Below are positions 1 to 10,505 of a stretch of 64,000 nucleotides of DNA, one piece after another. The position numbers and the translations under genes are program-made. The notes beneath the pieces are model-generated. The model was given only the letters and a program-made list of their open reading frames with translations, did not search any database and was not told the DNA's origin. The number at the start of each line of letters is the position of its first letter. Positions within the stretch are counted from its first letter, which is position 1. Source of the DNA: Candidatus Melainabacteria bacterium 17Bon1m (GTDB lineage Bacteria; Cyanobacteriota; Vampirovibrionia; Obscuribacterales; Obscuribacteraceae); the NCBI GenBank assembly GCA_032128875.1, contig JAVLKG010000001.1:192001-256000 (forward strand), read 5' to 3'.

Positions 1-35
1 AATACTCCTCTATTAATACGAACGGACTTAGTAGA

Positions 36-219
36 TAGGACCGGTCTGTACTAACGATTGAATCATACCGGTCGGTCCTAATCAAGGCCCAAAATGGATA
101 CTATTAATGGATGGGAAAAACGGGTATTGGACGTGAAACTTTACACAGGCTGGCGGTTTCCGAGCACAACCTATTGATCCGTGGCACAATTAAGATATAC
201 TTAGGACAGAACGGTTCTA
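36..219. promoter_or_regulatory. Three imperfect 18-bp palindromic TetR/NemR-type operator boxes in a divergent promoter region
   Basis: TAGGACCGGTCTGTACTA (36-53), TCATACCGGTCGGTCCTA (63-80) and TAGGACAGAACGGTTCTA (202-219) lie directly upstream of a TetR gene. Positions 1-10 read GAGGAGTATT on the minus strand, a likely RBS of a divergent gene outside the window. Confidence 0.65.
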
Positions 220-228
220 GAGTTGGTT

Positions 229-828
229 ATGCCCACAACTACAGACGCCACAAGTGGAAGCCGCCAAAAGCTCATCGAAGCAACGATTGAGCTGATGTCT
301 TCGCGTGGGTTTGAAGCTATGGGCATTAACAGTATTCTTGAAGCCGCCGGTGTCAGCAAAAGTAATTTTTACTATCACTTCAAGTCAAAAGAAGATCTCT
401 GTCTTGCAGCGCTGGATGCGATGACAGAACATTTCTTTTCTATGTCTGATCCTGTTCTTTTGAACAAATCACTCAGTCCGCGCAAGAGACTGGAGAAGTT
501 CTTGAAAGGGATGGCAGAAATGATTGAGTCGGAATGCTGCAACAAGGGTTGCCCGTTCGTCAATTTAGCTACAGAGACAAGCGACTTTATCCCTGCATTC
601 CGCGAGCGAATTTCGCAGTATTTCGATCGCTATCAGCAGCAGTTGGCGGAAGTTATTCAAGATGGGGTTCAAGTCGGAGAGTTTAGATCCGATGTTTCTC
701 CAAAACTCGCAGCGCAAGTTTTGTTGGCGAGCATGAACGGCACTATCGTTTTGGCAAAAGTGCATAAACGCCCGCAAGTGATGAAGGAAAACATCAAATC
801 TTTCTTGTCGATGCTGGCGGGGCCCTAG
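229..828 (+). CDS. TetR/AcrR family transcriptional regulator (NemR-like)
   Basis: N-terminal HTH (GFEAMGINSILEAAGVSKSNFYYHFKSKEDL) and NemR-like GCPFVNLATE motif. The ATG at 229 is preferred over the TTG at 223. Confidence 0.9.
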   Translation: MPTTTDATSGSRQKLIEATIELMSSRGFEAMGINSILEAAGVSKSNFYYHFKSKEDLCLAALDAMTEHFFSMSDPVLLNKSLSPRKRLEKFLKGMAEMIESECCNKGCPFVNLATETSDFIPAFRERISQYFDRYQQQLAEVIQDGVQVGEFRSDVSPKLAAQVLLASMNGTIVLAKVHKRPQVMKENIKSFLSMLAGP

Positions 829-834
829 CAAAAG

Positions 835-1311
835 TCATCGAAGTCCTAAAGATTGAAAGAGCCTCAGTTCTTCGCTTTGGCTCCAATCCCTGCTTCGCTT
901 AATGGCTTCGTTTAGTTTGCTTGTAAAAAATTCAAAGTTGCTTTCTGTTTGCAACGCGCAAGCCACTTCGCCAATGTTACTTCGAACCTTTCTGCTTAGT
1001 TCAATCAAACCAAGTAGCTCAAAGCCGTACTCCATGTAATTCCAAATTTCCGAGGAGGGATTCACCGTTTGGTTATTTTGGAAAAGCAGCGTCACAACGT
1101 TTGCCAGAGTCGTCACGCCCATCATCAAATACTGCGGATTCATACCGAAGTGAGTGCGCGCGAGTACCTTACCGTCTTCGCATGTGAGTGCGTGCCTGGC
1201 CAATCCCATATTGACCTCGGAGAGCGTTTGATCCATATCGCGGAAAAACGAGAACATCAGTTTTTCCGGATGACGCACGGTTATTTTTTTCGTCATAGCT
1301 CTATCCTCCAA
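835..1311 (-). CDS. Hypothetical protein
   Basis: 158-aa ORF converging on the TetR gene; no recognisable motif. Confidence 0.55.
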   Translation of the reverse strand: MEDRAMTKKITVRHPEKLMFSFFRDMDQTLSEVNMGLARHALTCEDGKVLARTHFGMNPQYLMMGVTTLANVVTLLFQNNQTVNPSSEIWNYMEYGFELLGLIELSRKVRSNIGEVACALQTESNFEFFTSKLNEAIKRSRDWSQSEELRLFQSLGLR

Positions 1312-1506
1312 AAAGGGTTCTAAGAGCTAGTACGGAAGTTTCGAACAAAAAGTTCAAAGCGTTCAGATTAAATCGGAAAAGCGCCAAATGATGCATTCTT
1401 GACATGCCTGCGCGTTGTGGCGAATTGAAATGTGCGCATCTATCTTTTAAGATGCAGGTCGCAAGAACTCGGTCGAAGCATCTAACTTCGATAGGAATCC
1501 ATTTTC

Positions 1507-2745
1507 GTGACAGTTGCAGACAAGCATGTAGAGGCGAACGAGATCTTCTTTGAAGAAGGTTTTGCAAGACTGCGCGCGGGCGAAATGGAAGAAAGCACCG
1601 GCAAACTGCTCATGGATTTGATGGAAGTGAAGGCGGACAAAGCGCTTCTTCCATATGCGCGCAAGTGGATAAAGTTGTTTCCGCGAGTTGAGAGTGCGCC
1701 ACGGCTGGTCGGCAAATGGTTGCAGTTATTTGAGAGCAACGACGCAATGTATATGGCGACTTCCTATGTGAAAACATATCCCGACGTGAATGCGCTGATT
1801 TTGATTATTCGCGCAGTTGCGGTCATTCAAAAGGTGCCTGCGAAACTTTTAGATGCAATAGAAAAGCGCTTTGCCGCAGAGCCTAACAGTCATATTTGGA
1901 GCAAACTTCAAGGTCCGGTCAATCCAAAAGAAGAGTTTGACAGCCTTATTCTTCGATGGCTTGAAATCAATAGATATAATTCGCTCGATGCATTAGAAGT
2001 TGCATGGGTAGGATTATTCTCCAGATCTAGCGCGGTTCTCAACGAAGTCCTTCGTTGGATCGAGGTCAATCAAGACAAGACGCCAGATATTTGGATTGTT
2101 TTCGTCAACATGCTGAGAGGCTCATCAGAACTTCACCGGCAGCTAGCTCCACGAGTCGCGCTAACAGCAAGTCAGTGGGTGGAAAGAAATCCAGAATATC
2201 GGCATGCTGGCAGGATTTATTACGACGTGCTAGTCGAGATGCTAAGCAAGGATGAAGTTGAGAAGGCGAAAGAATGGTTTTTGAAACATACAGATTCCGA
2301 AAGCGCACACATGACGCTTGCCGGCATACTTCGAACAACTTTTTTACTCGGCGAAAAAATTGAACCTGATTTTGTTCGATGCGCTAAAGAAATTTTGGCA
2401 GCACAGACTCCAAAGGACAGAGCAAACGTCTTAGTCGGTTCGCTTTTAGAAATTTCCCCAGATGCAGAAACTATCAAGTTTGCAAAAGAGCAATTGAGTG
2501 ATCATTATCATCCGACGTGGCTTCATGCTGTCTTGCTGCGTGTTGCACCAGATAATGAGCTGATATCAAAGACACTCGAAATTTACTCAAAGCCTTACAG
2601 TGGATCACCTGAAGTCATCATTGAATTGCTGAAGATTGATGGACAGAGTGTGGTCGCCAGAAAAGCAGCACAAAAGTGGATTGATCAAAATCCAGAGACG
2701 GAGCAAGCGAAGCAATTGCAATCGTTGTTGAGTGTTAGCGCGTAG
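1507..2745 (+). CDS. Hypothetical alpha-helical repeat protein
   Basis: 412-aa ORF with recurring [AS]..W...NP-type helical units (ARKWIKLFP, ASQWVERNP, AKEWFLKHT, AQKWIDQNP). Confidence 0.7.
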   Translation: MTVADKHVEANEIFFEEGFARLRAGEMEESTGKLLMDLMEVKADKALLPYARKWIKLFPRVESAPRLVGKWLQLFESNDAMYMATSYVKTYPDVNALILIIRAVAVIQKVPAKLLDAIEKRFAAEPNSHIWSKLQGPVNPKEEFDSLILRWLEINRYNSLDALEVAWVGLFSRSSAVLNEVLRWIEVNQDKTPDIWIVFVNMLRGSSELHRQLAPRVALTASQWVERNPEYRHAGRIYYDVLVEMLSKDEVEKAKEWFLKHTDSESAHMTLAGILRTTFLLGEKIEPDFVRCAKEILAAQTPKDRANVLVGSLLEISPDAETIKFAKEQLSDHYHPTWLHAVLLRVAPDNELISKTLEIYSKPYSGSPEVIIELLKIDGQSVVARKAAQKWIDQNPETEQAKQLQSLLSVSA

Positions 2746-2870
2746 CCTTGGGCGATTTGTTCGTGTCTGTGAGTAGCTGCATTAAACCTCACCCGAGGGA
2801 CTGTGGCAGCAGCTCGCCAGGCATGAGAAAATAGCCCCTGCTTGCAATTCCCGTCGAAAAAGGGGTCCCA

Positions 2871-5012
2871 ATGAACAGAAGATCGTTCCTTAAGGGCAGT
2901 GCCGCTGTTGTCATGCTGAGTGGAGGATTCGCTATGAGTTTGACGAAGTCTTTAGCCGAAACAGTCACCCTGGGACCACTCCTCGATACCTGGACAGGCG
3001 ACCACAATGGTTTTCCGAAGTTTGACCTCGTCAAGATAACTGACTTTAAGCCTTCGATTCTGAAGGGCATGGATCTCAAGCGCGAACAGATTAAAGAGAT
3101 AACGAGCCAAAACGATGCGCCGACTTTCGACAATACGATTGTTGCTCTCGAAGATGCAGGACGTCCGCTTAGCAACTCTATTCGATTCTTCAGCATCTAC
3201 ACGTCGACGATGAACGACAAGCCCATGCAAGCAATCGAGACAGAAATGACTCCGCTGTTCGCGAAGTTCGATGACGAGATCATTCAGAATGACGCTCTCT
3301 TCAAGCGCATCAAAACCGTCTATGAAGCGCGTGAAAACGCTGGTTTGACCAACGAGCAAAAGCGGCTTGTTGAGGTGTACTACAAGATGTTTACCCGTCA
3401 GGGTGCGGGTCTAGATGCAGATAAGAAGAAGCGCTTGCGTGAAATAAACGAGAAGCTCGCGAGCATCTTCACAAGTTTCCGCCACAACCAATTGGCTGAC
3501 GAAGAGAAGTACACCCTTGTGCTCGAGAAAGAAGACGATCTCGCAGGGCTCTCGGATAGCCTGCGCGAGGCAGCCGCTGCGTCAGCCGAGTCTCACAAAT
3601 TGAAGGGCAAATGGGTAATTACAAATACGCGCTCTTCGATGGAACCATTCCTCACGTTCTCCACTCGACGCGATTTGCGCGAGAAGGGATGGCGCATGTG
3701 GACTCGCCGTGGTGACAATAATGATGCTAACGACAATAAAAAGAACATTGGCGAAATTTTGAAGCTGCGTACGGAGCGCGCTCGCATTCTCGGCTTCAAT
3801 ACACATGCTGATTGGAGTCTGGATGATTGCATGGCAAAAACGCCCGACAATGCGATGAAACTCATGATGCGCGTTTGGGCCGCAAGCACCAATCGCGTGA
3901 AAGAAGAAGTCGCAGATATGCAAAAGATTGCCGATGCTGAAGGTGCGAAGATTACGATCGAACCATGGGATTATCGCTTCTATGCAGAGAAGGTTCGCAA
4001 AGCGAAATACGATATTGATCAAAATGAAGTGAAACAGTATTTGCAGTTGGACAAAATCCGCGAAGGAATGTTCTGGGCTGCAAAGCAGGTTTATGGATTG
4101 GACATGGTGAAGGTTGATGGACTGCCGGTTGTGCATCCTGACGTCACTGTGTACGAAGTTCAACGCGATGGTAAGCAAATCGGTCTTTGGTACTTCGATC
4201 CTTATGCTCGTGATGGTAAAAACTCCGGAGCTTGGATGAGCGAATATCGCACCCAAGAGAAATTCAAAGACAACATCACGCCGATTGTTTCTAACAACTG
4301 CAACTACATGAAGGGCAAAGCCGGTGAGCCGACTCTCATTTCATGGGACGATGCCAACACGCTTTTCCACGAGTTCGGTCATGCATTGCATGGATTGCAG
4401 TCCAACGTGAACTACCCATCGTTAGCAGGCACCAGCGTTAAACGCGACTTTGTAGAATTCCCAAGTCAAGTCAATGAACGTTGGTTGTTGACGCGTGAAG
4501 TTCTTAGCAAATTCGCCTTGCATTGCAAGACTGGTAAACCGATTCCTGAAGAGTTAATTGCTAAGATTGAGAAGGCAAAAACCTTCAACCAAGGTTTTTC
4601 CACAACAGAGTATTTGGCTTCAGCGATTTACGACATGAAGATCCACCTGGCCGCTACGCCCGATAAAACTATCGAGCCTGATGAATTTGAAAAGGTCACC
4701 ATGACCGAGATTGGCTGTCCGAAAGAAATCGTCATGCGTCATCGCCCGACCGCTTTCGGTCACATCTTCTCCGATGACGGATACGCTTCCGGATATTACT
4801 CATATATCTGGGCTGACACAATGTCGGCAGATGCATCGGAAGCATTCATCGAAGCTGGCAGCTTCTACGACCGCAAGACGTGCGACCGATTCAGAGACAC
4901 CATATTTAGTGTCGGTAATTCGGTTGCTCCTGACGTTGCTTTCCGCAATTTCCGCGGACGTGATGTTGACACCAATGCTCTGATGAGAGACAGAGGATTT
5001 CCTGTTAGCTAA
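2871..5012 (+). CDS. dcp: M3 family metallopeptidase (peptidyl-dipeptidase Dcp-like) with Tat signal peptide
   Basis: HEFGH zinc motif, RDFVEFPSQ, GYYSYIWA, GKNSGAWM; N-terminal twin-arginine signal MNRRSFLK. Confidence 0.9.
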   Translation: MNRRSFLKGSAAVVMLSGGFAMSLTKSLAETVTLGPLLDTWTGDHNGFPKFDLVKITDFKPSILKGMDLKREQIKEITSQNDAPTFDNTIVALEDAGRPLSNSIRFFSIYTSTMNDKPMQAIETEMTPLFAKFDDEIIQNDALFKRIKTVYEARENAGLTNEQKRLVEVYYKMFTRQGAGLDADKKKRLREINEKLASIFTSFRHNQLADEEKYTLVLEKEDDLAGLSDSLREAAAASAESHKLKGKWVITNTRSSMEPFLTFSTRRDLREKGWRMWTRRGDNNDANDNKKNIGEILKLRTERARILGFNTHADWSLDDCMAKTPDNAMKLMMRVWAASTNRVKEEVADMQKIADAEGAKITIEPWDYRFYAEKVRKAKYDIDQNEVKQYLQLDKIREGMFWAAKQVYGLDMVKVDGLPVVHPDVTVYEVQRDGKQIGLWYFDPYARDGKNSGAWMSEYRTQEKFKDNITPIVSNNCNYMKGKAGEPTLISWDDANTLFHEFGHALHGLQSNVNYPSLAGTSVKRDFVEFPSQVNERWLLTREVLSKFALHCKTGKPIPEELIAKIEKAKTFNQGFSTTEYLASAIYDMKIHLAATPDKTIEPDEFEKVTMTEIGCPKEIVMRHRPTAFGHIFSDDGYASGYYSYIWADTMSADASEAFIEAGSFYDRKTCDRFRDTIFSVGNSVAPDVAFRNFRGRDVDTNALMRDRGFPVS

Positions 5013-5025
5013 TTGGGGCAACTAA

Positions 5026-7665
5026 TTGAAATTCATTGCATTCCTTGTCGCGGCCTTCTTCACCATAAGTGTTTCCGCTGGCTTTGCGTCGGATGAATTT
5101 TGCGATGTGTATGTAGGCAACGATAAAGTATTCGCTGTTTCCAACACTAAAATTCTTTCCGCTGTTGAGCGTGGGCAGTTAGTCATGGACACCATCCAGG
5201 GTGTCATTGACGACGGGCAAGCCAATCTAGACGACCTGAATGTGAAGGTCGGTATGGACGGCGTTCCTGTCATTTACTTGAAGGACAAAGTTCTTTGCAG
5301 TGTGACAAAAGCCGATGCCGATGAAGCCGGAATGTCGCAAACAAATCTTGCGATTGATTGGTGCGAAAAGCTGCGCAGATACATAACTCACGCGAAGAAA
5401 AAGGAGCAGGAGAAAGCGAATGCCGATCAAGTAAAGGGTGCACAAGCTGGATCATCAACAGCCTCCGCAACTGGTGCTGCATCTATGTCTGGTTCTAAGT
5501 CACAGCCGAACCAGACAGCAGAGAAAAAGCCACACAACAGCAATAGTCTGAGCGAACATGCGGTATTGCTGCTCTTCATCGAAATCACTCTTCTGCTCTT
5601 CACTTCGCTGGTTTGTGGAGAGCTTTTTGTTCGCCTGGGTCAGCCGTCGATCATTGGTCAGATTTTTGCTGGTTTGCTTCTTGGACCAACGTTCTTTGGT
5701 GCCCTTTTTCCAGACCTCTCATCGCAGTTGTTTCCGCGCGACGGTTCTCAATCCAAATTGATTGAAGTTATCTCCTGGATTGGTGTTTCCTTCTTGCTTA
5801 TGTTGACCGGGATGGAAACCGACATTGCAAAACTCAAGAGGCTTGGAAAACCACTGATGTGTTTTGGCAGCGTCGGCTTGCTTGGTCCTCTAATTGTTGG
5901 TGGTTTACTTTCTCTTTTGCTTTCCGATCAGTTATTGGGAGAAGCTCAAAACAAGCTAGCGTTCGCCGTTTTTCTCGGCACCGTTTTTGCAGCGTCTTCC
6001 GTTCCTGTTGTAGCTAAAGTCCTTATGGACATGAAGATGCTTAAGCTCAGCGTTGGACAATTGATCATAGCCACCTCTCTTGCTCACGATCTTCTCTGCT
6101 GCTTGTTGCTCGCTGTGATCGTAGTCTTGTCTGGCTCTGCTGGTGAAGCGGGTAATCCTGTTCTTGTTGCATTCTTTGGCACGATTGCTTTCCTTGCCAT
6201 CATGTATTTCGGCAGACCTGTGTTTTTTACTTTACTGCGATGGGTCAATGACCACGTTTCAAATAGCGACGGGTTGATTACCAGTATGGTCGTTTTGTTG
6301 TTGGCCTGTGCTGCCGCAACGCAGGCGCTAGGTGTGCACATTGTGCTGGGAGCCTTTGCTGCTGGAGTAATTCTGTCGCAAACTCCAGTGGTTAACCACA
6401 AAGTGGTGCGCCCTCTTGAAATTGTAACCATGGCATTTTTCGCGCCAGTCTTTTTTGCATCGAGCGGGCTAAACGTCAATTTGAGTTCATTGCTTGAACC
6501 AAAACTTTGCATGATCACAGCCTTTCTTTCTCTCTCAACTATCATTGTGAAATTGGGCTCTTGCGTGGGTGCCGGAAGGCTTGCAGGTTATGGACTCTGG
6601 GAATCACTTTCAGTTGGCGTGGGTGCCAATACCAAAGGTTCACTGGGATTGATTTTAGCGATGCTCGGATTATCGCTCGAGATAATCAGCCAAGACATGT
6701 ACGCCGTCATCATTTTCATTGCGCTTTTCTCGACAGGTGTATCGGCGCCGCTCATGAAATACACGATGAGCAAAGTAAAAATTACTGATGAAGAAGTTGA
6801 ACGGATGCATCGTGAAGAGCGCCGATCACGCACCATACTTAGTAGCATTCGACGAGTGTTGTGGCCGACATCAGGTCGCGGAAGGAATGCTTTTATCGCG
6901 AACTTGTTGAACAGCATGGGTCAGTCGCAAGTTGTAGAAACGACTGCGTTGTGGGTCAAAGGCTCTAGCGAATCCACGGAGAGGCCCTTCTCTGGTATTA
7001 AGTCGGCAGTAGATAGAAGATTTGTCAGTGTATTTGAGAGCACAGTTCATTCACATGAGCCTCTGAAAGTAATTTCAGAAGAAGGTAATCGCGGTTACGA
7101 CTTAATTGTGATGGCGACTGATGAACCACCGGGTGATGCCGAGTATGTTTTCGGTCATCTTGTTGACGGTGTAATCCTCAATACTTCAACACGCGTCTTG
7201 GTTGTTTACGAGCCGGATTCTTCGACTCCGCGAGACATAAAAGAAGTGCTTATTCCTGTAAGCGGTGACGAACAATCTATTGCTGCTGCCGAGTTTGGAA
7301 TTTCACTCGCGAAATCTCTCAATGCGAAAGTCTTTTGTCTGTGCATTCAAGAGTCGGAAGCGAGCGATCTTTATAGTGAAGCGACACAAAGCGGAAAGGA
7401 AATTGAGCGCAATGTTAGCAACGAGGTTACTTCGACGTTGCAGGAGTTAGCGGATGCTCTCGATGTGGAATTCAAGTCGATTGTCATTCAAACAAGCGCA
7501 CATCCTGCACAGGCTGCAATTGTTACCGCGCAGCAACACGACATTGATCTGATTGTGCTCGGAGCCACGCCGAAAATAGGCAAGGGCCTGTTTTTCGGAC
7601 ACACGATTAACTTCGTTTTGCGCCATGCGCCTTGTGCAGTGGCAGTTTTGAAGCTGCAAGGATGA
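5026..7665 (+). CDS. CPA2 cation:proton antiporter with N-terminal extracytoplasmic domain and C-terminal USP domains
   Basis: Multi-TM core (GQPSIIGQIFAGLLLGP, LMLTGMETD, LGAFAAG, FFAPVFFASSG); C-terminal USP motifs (DLIVLGA...FFGHTINFVLRHAPCAVAV); signal peptide. Confidence 0.88.
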   Translation: MKFIAFLVAAFFTISVSAGFASDEFCDVYVGNDKVFAVSNTKILSAVERGQLVMDTIQGVIDDGQANLDDLNVKVGMDGVPVIYLKDKVLCSVTKADADEAGMSQTNLAIDWCEKLRRYITHAKKKEQEKANADQVKGAQAGSSTASATGAASMSGSKSQPNQTAEKKPHNSNSLSEHAVLLLFIEITLLLFTSLVCGELFVRLGQPSIIGQIFAGLLLGPTFFGALFPDLSSQLFPRDGSQSKLIEVISWIGVSFLLMLTGMETDIAKLKRLGKPLMCFGSVGLLGPLIVGGLLSLLLSDQLLGEAQNKLAFAVFLGTVFAASSVPVVAKVLMDMKMLKLSVGQLIIATSLAHDLLCCLLLAVIVVLSGSAGEAGNPVLVAFFGTIAFLAIMYFGRPVFFTLLRWVNDHVSNSDGLITSMVVLLLACAAATQALGVHIVLGAFAAGVILSQTPVVNHKVVRPLEIVTMAFFAPVFFASSGLNVNLSSLLEPKLCMITAFLSLSTIIVKLGSCVGAGRLAGYGLWESLSVGVGANTKGSLGLILAMLGLSLEIISQDMYAVIIFIALFSTGVSAPLMKYTMSKVKITDEEVERMHREERRSRTILSSIRRVLWPTSGRGRNAFIANLLNSMGQSQVVETTALWVKGSSESTERPFSGIKSAVDRRFVSVFESTVHSHEPLKVISEEGNRGYDLIVMATDEPPGDAEYVFGHLVDGVILNTSTRVLVVYEPDSSTPRDIKEVLIPVSGDEQSIAAAEFGISLAKSLNAKVFCLCIQESEASDLYSEATQSGKEIERNVSNEVTSTLQELADALDVEFKSIVIQTSAHPAQAAIVTAQQHDIDLIVLGATPKIGKGLFFGHTINFVLRHAPCAVAVLKLQG

Positions 7666-7893
7666 GACGGAACATACCCCATATCCGTAGCGTCTCAGGT
7701 TCGTATGTGTTTCCCTTGTGAACCGCTAACTACGTCAGCAGTTGGGCGCAAGCAGAAACAACCTTGAATTATTCGATCACCCGAAATTAGTCTGAATTTG
7801 TTCTAAAATTAGGCACCGAGATTTTGATGTCAGTAGTGGCAACTATTGGCACGCTCATTCGTCATGCCAGAGGCAAAAAGGAGAAATCAATAT

Positions 7894-9327
7894 ATGTGGA
7901 AAAAGCTATTTGCATTGGCTGTGACGCTACCAATGACGATTACTATCGCCTCGGCCCAGGCTGCTCAAGATGCAGACATTGCCGCGTATTCTCAGGATTT
8001 GGCGCGGCGTATTGAGCTTGGTCGTCAGTCAGGTCAATTGACTCAAGCTAACTACAATTCTGTCCAATCTATCTATAACAATGTCGAGACGATTCGTCGA
8101 GGTCTAGGCAATCGACCTATGAATCCAATGATTCGCACGAACATGATGACGTCGCTTACCAATCTCGACAAACAGCTCACCGGCTTTTTGAAAGATGACG
8201 TCAACTCGCGTTATCAAATGTGGGATCCATCAAGAAGATCGTGGCGCAACAACTGGTGGCAAGGAAATAACTCTGGCGCCAATAATTTCAGTCAAGAAAT
8301 TGATGCATATCAAAACAGTTTGAAACAGCGCATTGATCAAGGTCGTACTTCCGGTCGCATCACTCGTTCTGAACTTGCACAGCTGACTACAGCCTACGAC
8401 AACATCGACAGGGCACAACAGCAATACCGAATTGGTGGCTTTAGTTCATACGAGCGCAATTCGCTTATGTCGATGCTCACTTCGCTTGATAAAAACATCA
8501 CAACGCAAATGCATGATGATGAAAATTCTCACTATCGTCACTGGAATCCGAACGGAAACAGTTGGAAAGATAGCTGGTGGAAGAGAACAGGAGCGGGAAA
8601 TCCAAGCACTCCTAATTTCCCAGGCAATCGTCCTGGCGATGGTCGTCCGGGTGATGGTCGTCCTGGCTGGGGTAACCGTGATGATCGTGATCAGGGCAAT
8701 TGGAATCGTGGCGATCAGAGCAAACCAGATTGGAATCGTGGCGATCAGAACAAGCCTGAATGGAATCGCAACAACAATGATCGCCCAGATTGGAATCGAG
8801 GCAGCAACGATCGTCCAGATTGGAATCGCGATGGTCGCAGAGACGATCACAAACCTGACTGGAATCGTGGAAATAACGATCGCCCAGATTGGAATCGCCA
8901 TGATGCGAATCGCCCGGGCACAAGCTCTACGCCCAGCACTACTCCTCCAGTAACCAGTCCTCCAGTAGTGAATACTCCTCCTCAGAACAATCAGCCAAGC
9001 ACGGGCGGCGCACGTCCAGGCGGCAATTCTCCTAGCAACGGAAGCGCTCAGTCGGGAGGTTCGTCGTCTGGTTCGGGCGGCACTACTCCTGGCACTGGCA
9101 ACAACCCCCCATCGAGCACTCCACCATCGAGCACACCACCATCGAACACACCGTCTGCAGGTGGAACACCGCCAGCGGGAGGTAGTTCACCAAGTACCGG
9201 TAGCGGTACGTCTGGCGGACGCGGAAGCTGGGGTGGTGGCGACAGAAGCGGCGGTTATAGACCCGGTGGCGATCGAGAAGGTGGTCGCAATTGGGGTGGT
9301 TCTGGCGGCACCCGCCCACAGAACTAA
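7894..9327 (+). CDS. Secreted repetitive/low-complexity protein
   Basis: RBS AAGGAG before ATG 7894 (MWKKLFALAV... signal peptide); two RI..GR.SG..T helical repeats, seven WNR repeats and a Pro/Ser/Thr/Gly tail. Confidence 0.8.
   Translation: MWKKLFALAVTLPMTITIASAQAAQDADIAAYSQDLARRIELGRQSGQLTQANYNSVQSIYNNVETIRRGLGNRPMNPMIRTNMMTSLTNLDKQLTGFLKDDVNSRYQMWDPSRRSWRNNWWQGNNSGANNFSQEIDAYQNSLKQRIDQGRTSGRITRSELAQLTTAYDNIDRAQQQYRIGGFSSYERNSLMSMLTSLDKNITTQMHDDENSHYRHWNPNGNSWKDSWWKRTGAGNPSTPNFPGNRPGDGRPGDGRPGWGNRDDRDQGNWNRGDQSKPDWNRGDQNKPEWNRNNNDRPDWNRGSNDRPDWNRDGRRDDHKPDWNRGNNDRPDWNRHDANRPGTSSTPSTTPPVTSPPVVNTPPQNNQPSTGGARPGGNSPSNGSAQSGGSSSGSGGTTPGTGNNPPSSTPPSSTPPSNTPSAGGTPPAGGSSPSTGSGTSGGRGSWGGGDRSGGYRPGGDREGGRNWGGSGGTRPQN
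8698..8910 (+). repeat. Coding tandem repeat of ~30 bp (PDWNRxxxxx x7)
   Basis: TGGAATCG recurs with ~30-bp periodicity, in frame within the CDS. Confidence 0.9.
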
Positions 9328-9360
9328 TCTATATATAAGAACAAGAATATAGGATACTTA

Positions 9361-9387
9361 GGGAGTCCGAGTTTCGGGCTCCCTTTT
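9361..9387 (+). terminator. Rho-independent terminator
   Basis: GGGAGTCCGA-GTT-TCGGGCTCCC hairpin followed by TTTT. Confidence 0.8.
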
Positions 9388-9426
9388 ACTTGCGCGGAAA
9401 ATCTTCAACAGCGGTGCGCTTTCAAA

Positions 9427-10152
9427 ATGCCCGACAATCACTACGAAAATCCAAAACTAGCTGCTATTTACGATTTCGACAGTGGCTGGTCTGTCGACCG
9501 AGATTTCTATCTCTCCCTGGCTACTGATGCGCCGCAGAAGATACTTGATTTAGGCTGTGGCACTGGGCTCCTCTGTGATGCGTATGCTGCTAAAGGAAAT
9601 GACGTGACTGGTGTCGATCCATCTGCCGCGATGCTTGATGTTGCGCGCCGTAAACCGCATGGTGGCAAGATTCAGTGGGTGCAATCGTTTTCTCAAACAT
9701 TTGAGTCGGATGAAACATTTGATCTGATCATAATGACCGGACACGCTTTTCAGGTGCTAATTGAGGATGAAGATATTCGAGCAACGTTTAATACGATCAA
9801 GAAACTCTTAAGTGCTGAAGGATCCTTTGTGTTCGAGTCAAGAAATCCGGCTATTAAGTGGGCGAGCCAGTGGGACTACGAAATGGATCTGAAATTAACT
9901 GGCCAGACAGTTAGAGAATCGAGAAAGTTTCTCGCGCAAAACGGGGAACGAATGTCGTTTGAATTGAAGTATGAGTTTCCCGATGAAACTTTGACTTCGA
10001 AAAGCGAACTTCGCTTTAGTAATCACAAAGTGATTGAGCAACTGTTAAGTGAAGCTGGTCTTCGTGTTGAGAAATTGCTTGGCGATTGGTCGGGTGGAGC
10101 GTTTAATGAAATGACTTCTGAGGAGATGATTTTCGTGGTCAAACGGGCTTAG
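9427..10152 (+). CDS. Class I SAM-dependent methyltransferase
   Basis: ILDLGCGTG motif I, VTGVDPSAAML, FDLIIM. Confidence 0.9.
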   Translation: MPDNHYENPKLAAIYDFDSGWSVDRDFYLSLATDAPQKILDLGCGTGLLCDAYAAKGNDVTGVDPSAAMLDVARRKPHGGKIQWVQSFSQTFESDETFDLIIMTGHAFQVLIEDEDIRATFNTIKKLLSAEGSFVFESRNPAIKWASQWDYEMDLKLTGQTVRESRKFLAQNGERMSFELKYEFPDETLTSKSELRFSNHKVIEQLLSEAGLRVEKLLGDWSGGAFNEMTSEEMIFVVKRA

Positions 10153-10505
10153 GACGCTGTCGTTGTTGCTGGCTTGTATCTCTTGTGTTATCGGGGTTGT
10201 GGGGCTTCTGCGTCTGATTAAAGGGGGGCTGCGCTTATAAGTTTGCGCGTTTACACATTCCCCCCGAAGCGGGCTAACCATATACTCTCAATTACCCACG
10301 AACGGCAACAAATTTGACCAGCATTGCCGCCAACTCAGAGGGCGTTTCCACCAACCAGCCCGGTGGAAATCCCCCTGAATGGATAGAGCAATCTGCAGTA
10401 GTTTCCACCCCAGCGAAACGACCAAAATCTTGTTGATGCCTCTTTCTTCCCGCACAACATTTGTTGTGCTTCACCATGTGCTGCCTGTGCACAAAGGAGT
10501 TAATT

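Noticed and set aside
8698-8910. ~30-bp periodic repeat resembling a CRISPR array
   Set aside because: It is an in-frame coding repeat (PDWNR) with no repeat-spacer structure and no cas genes.
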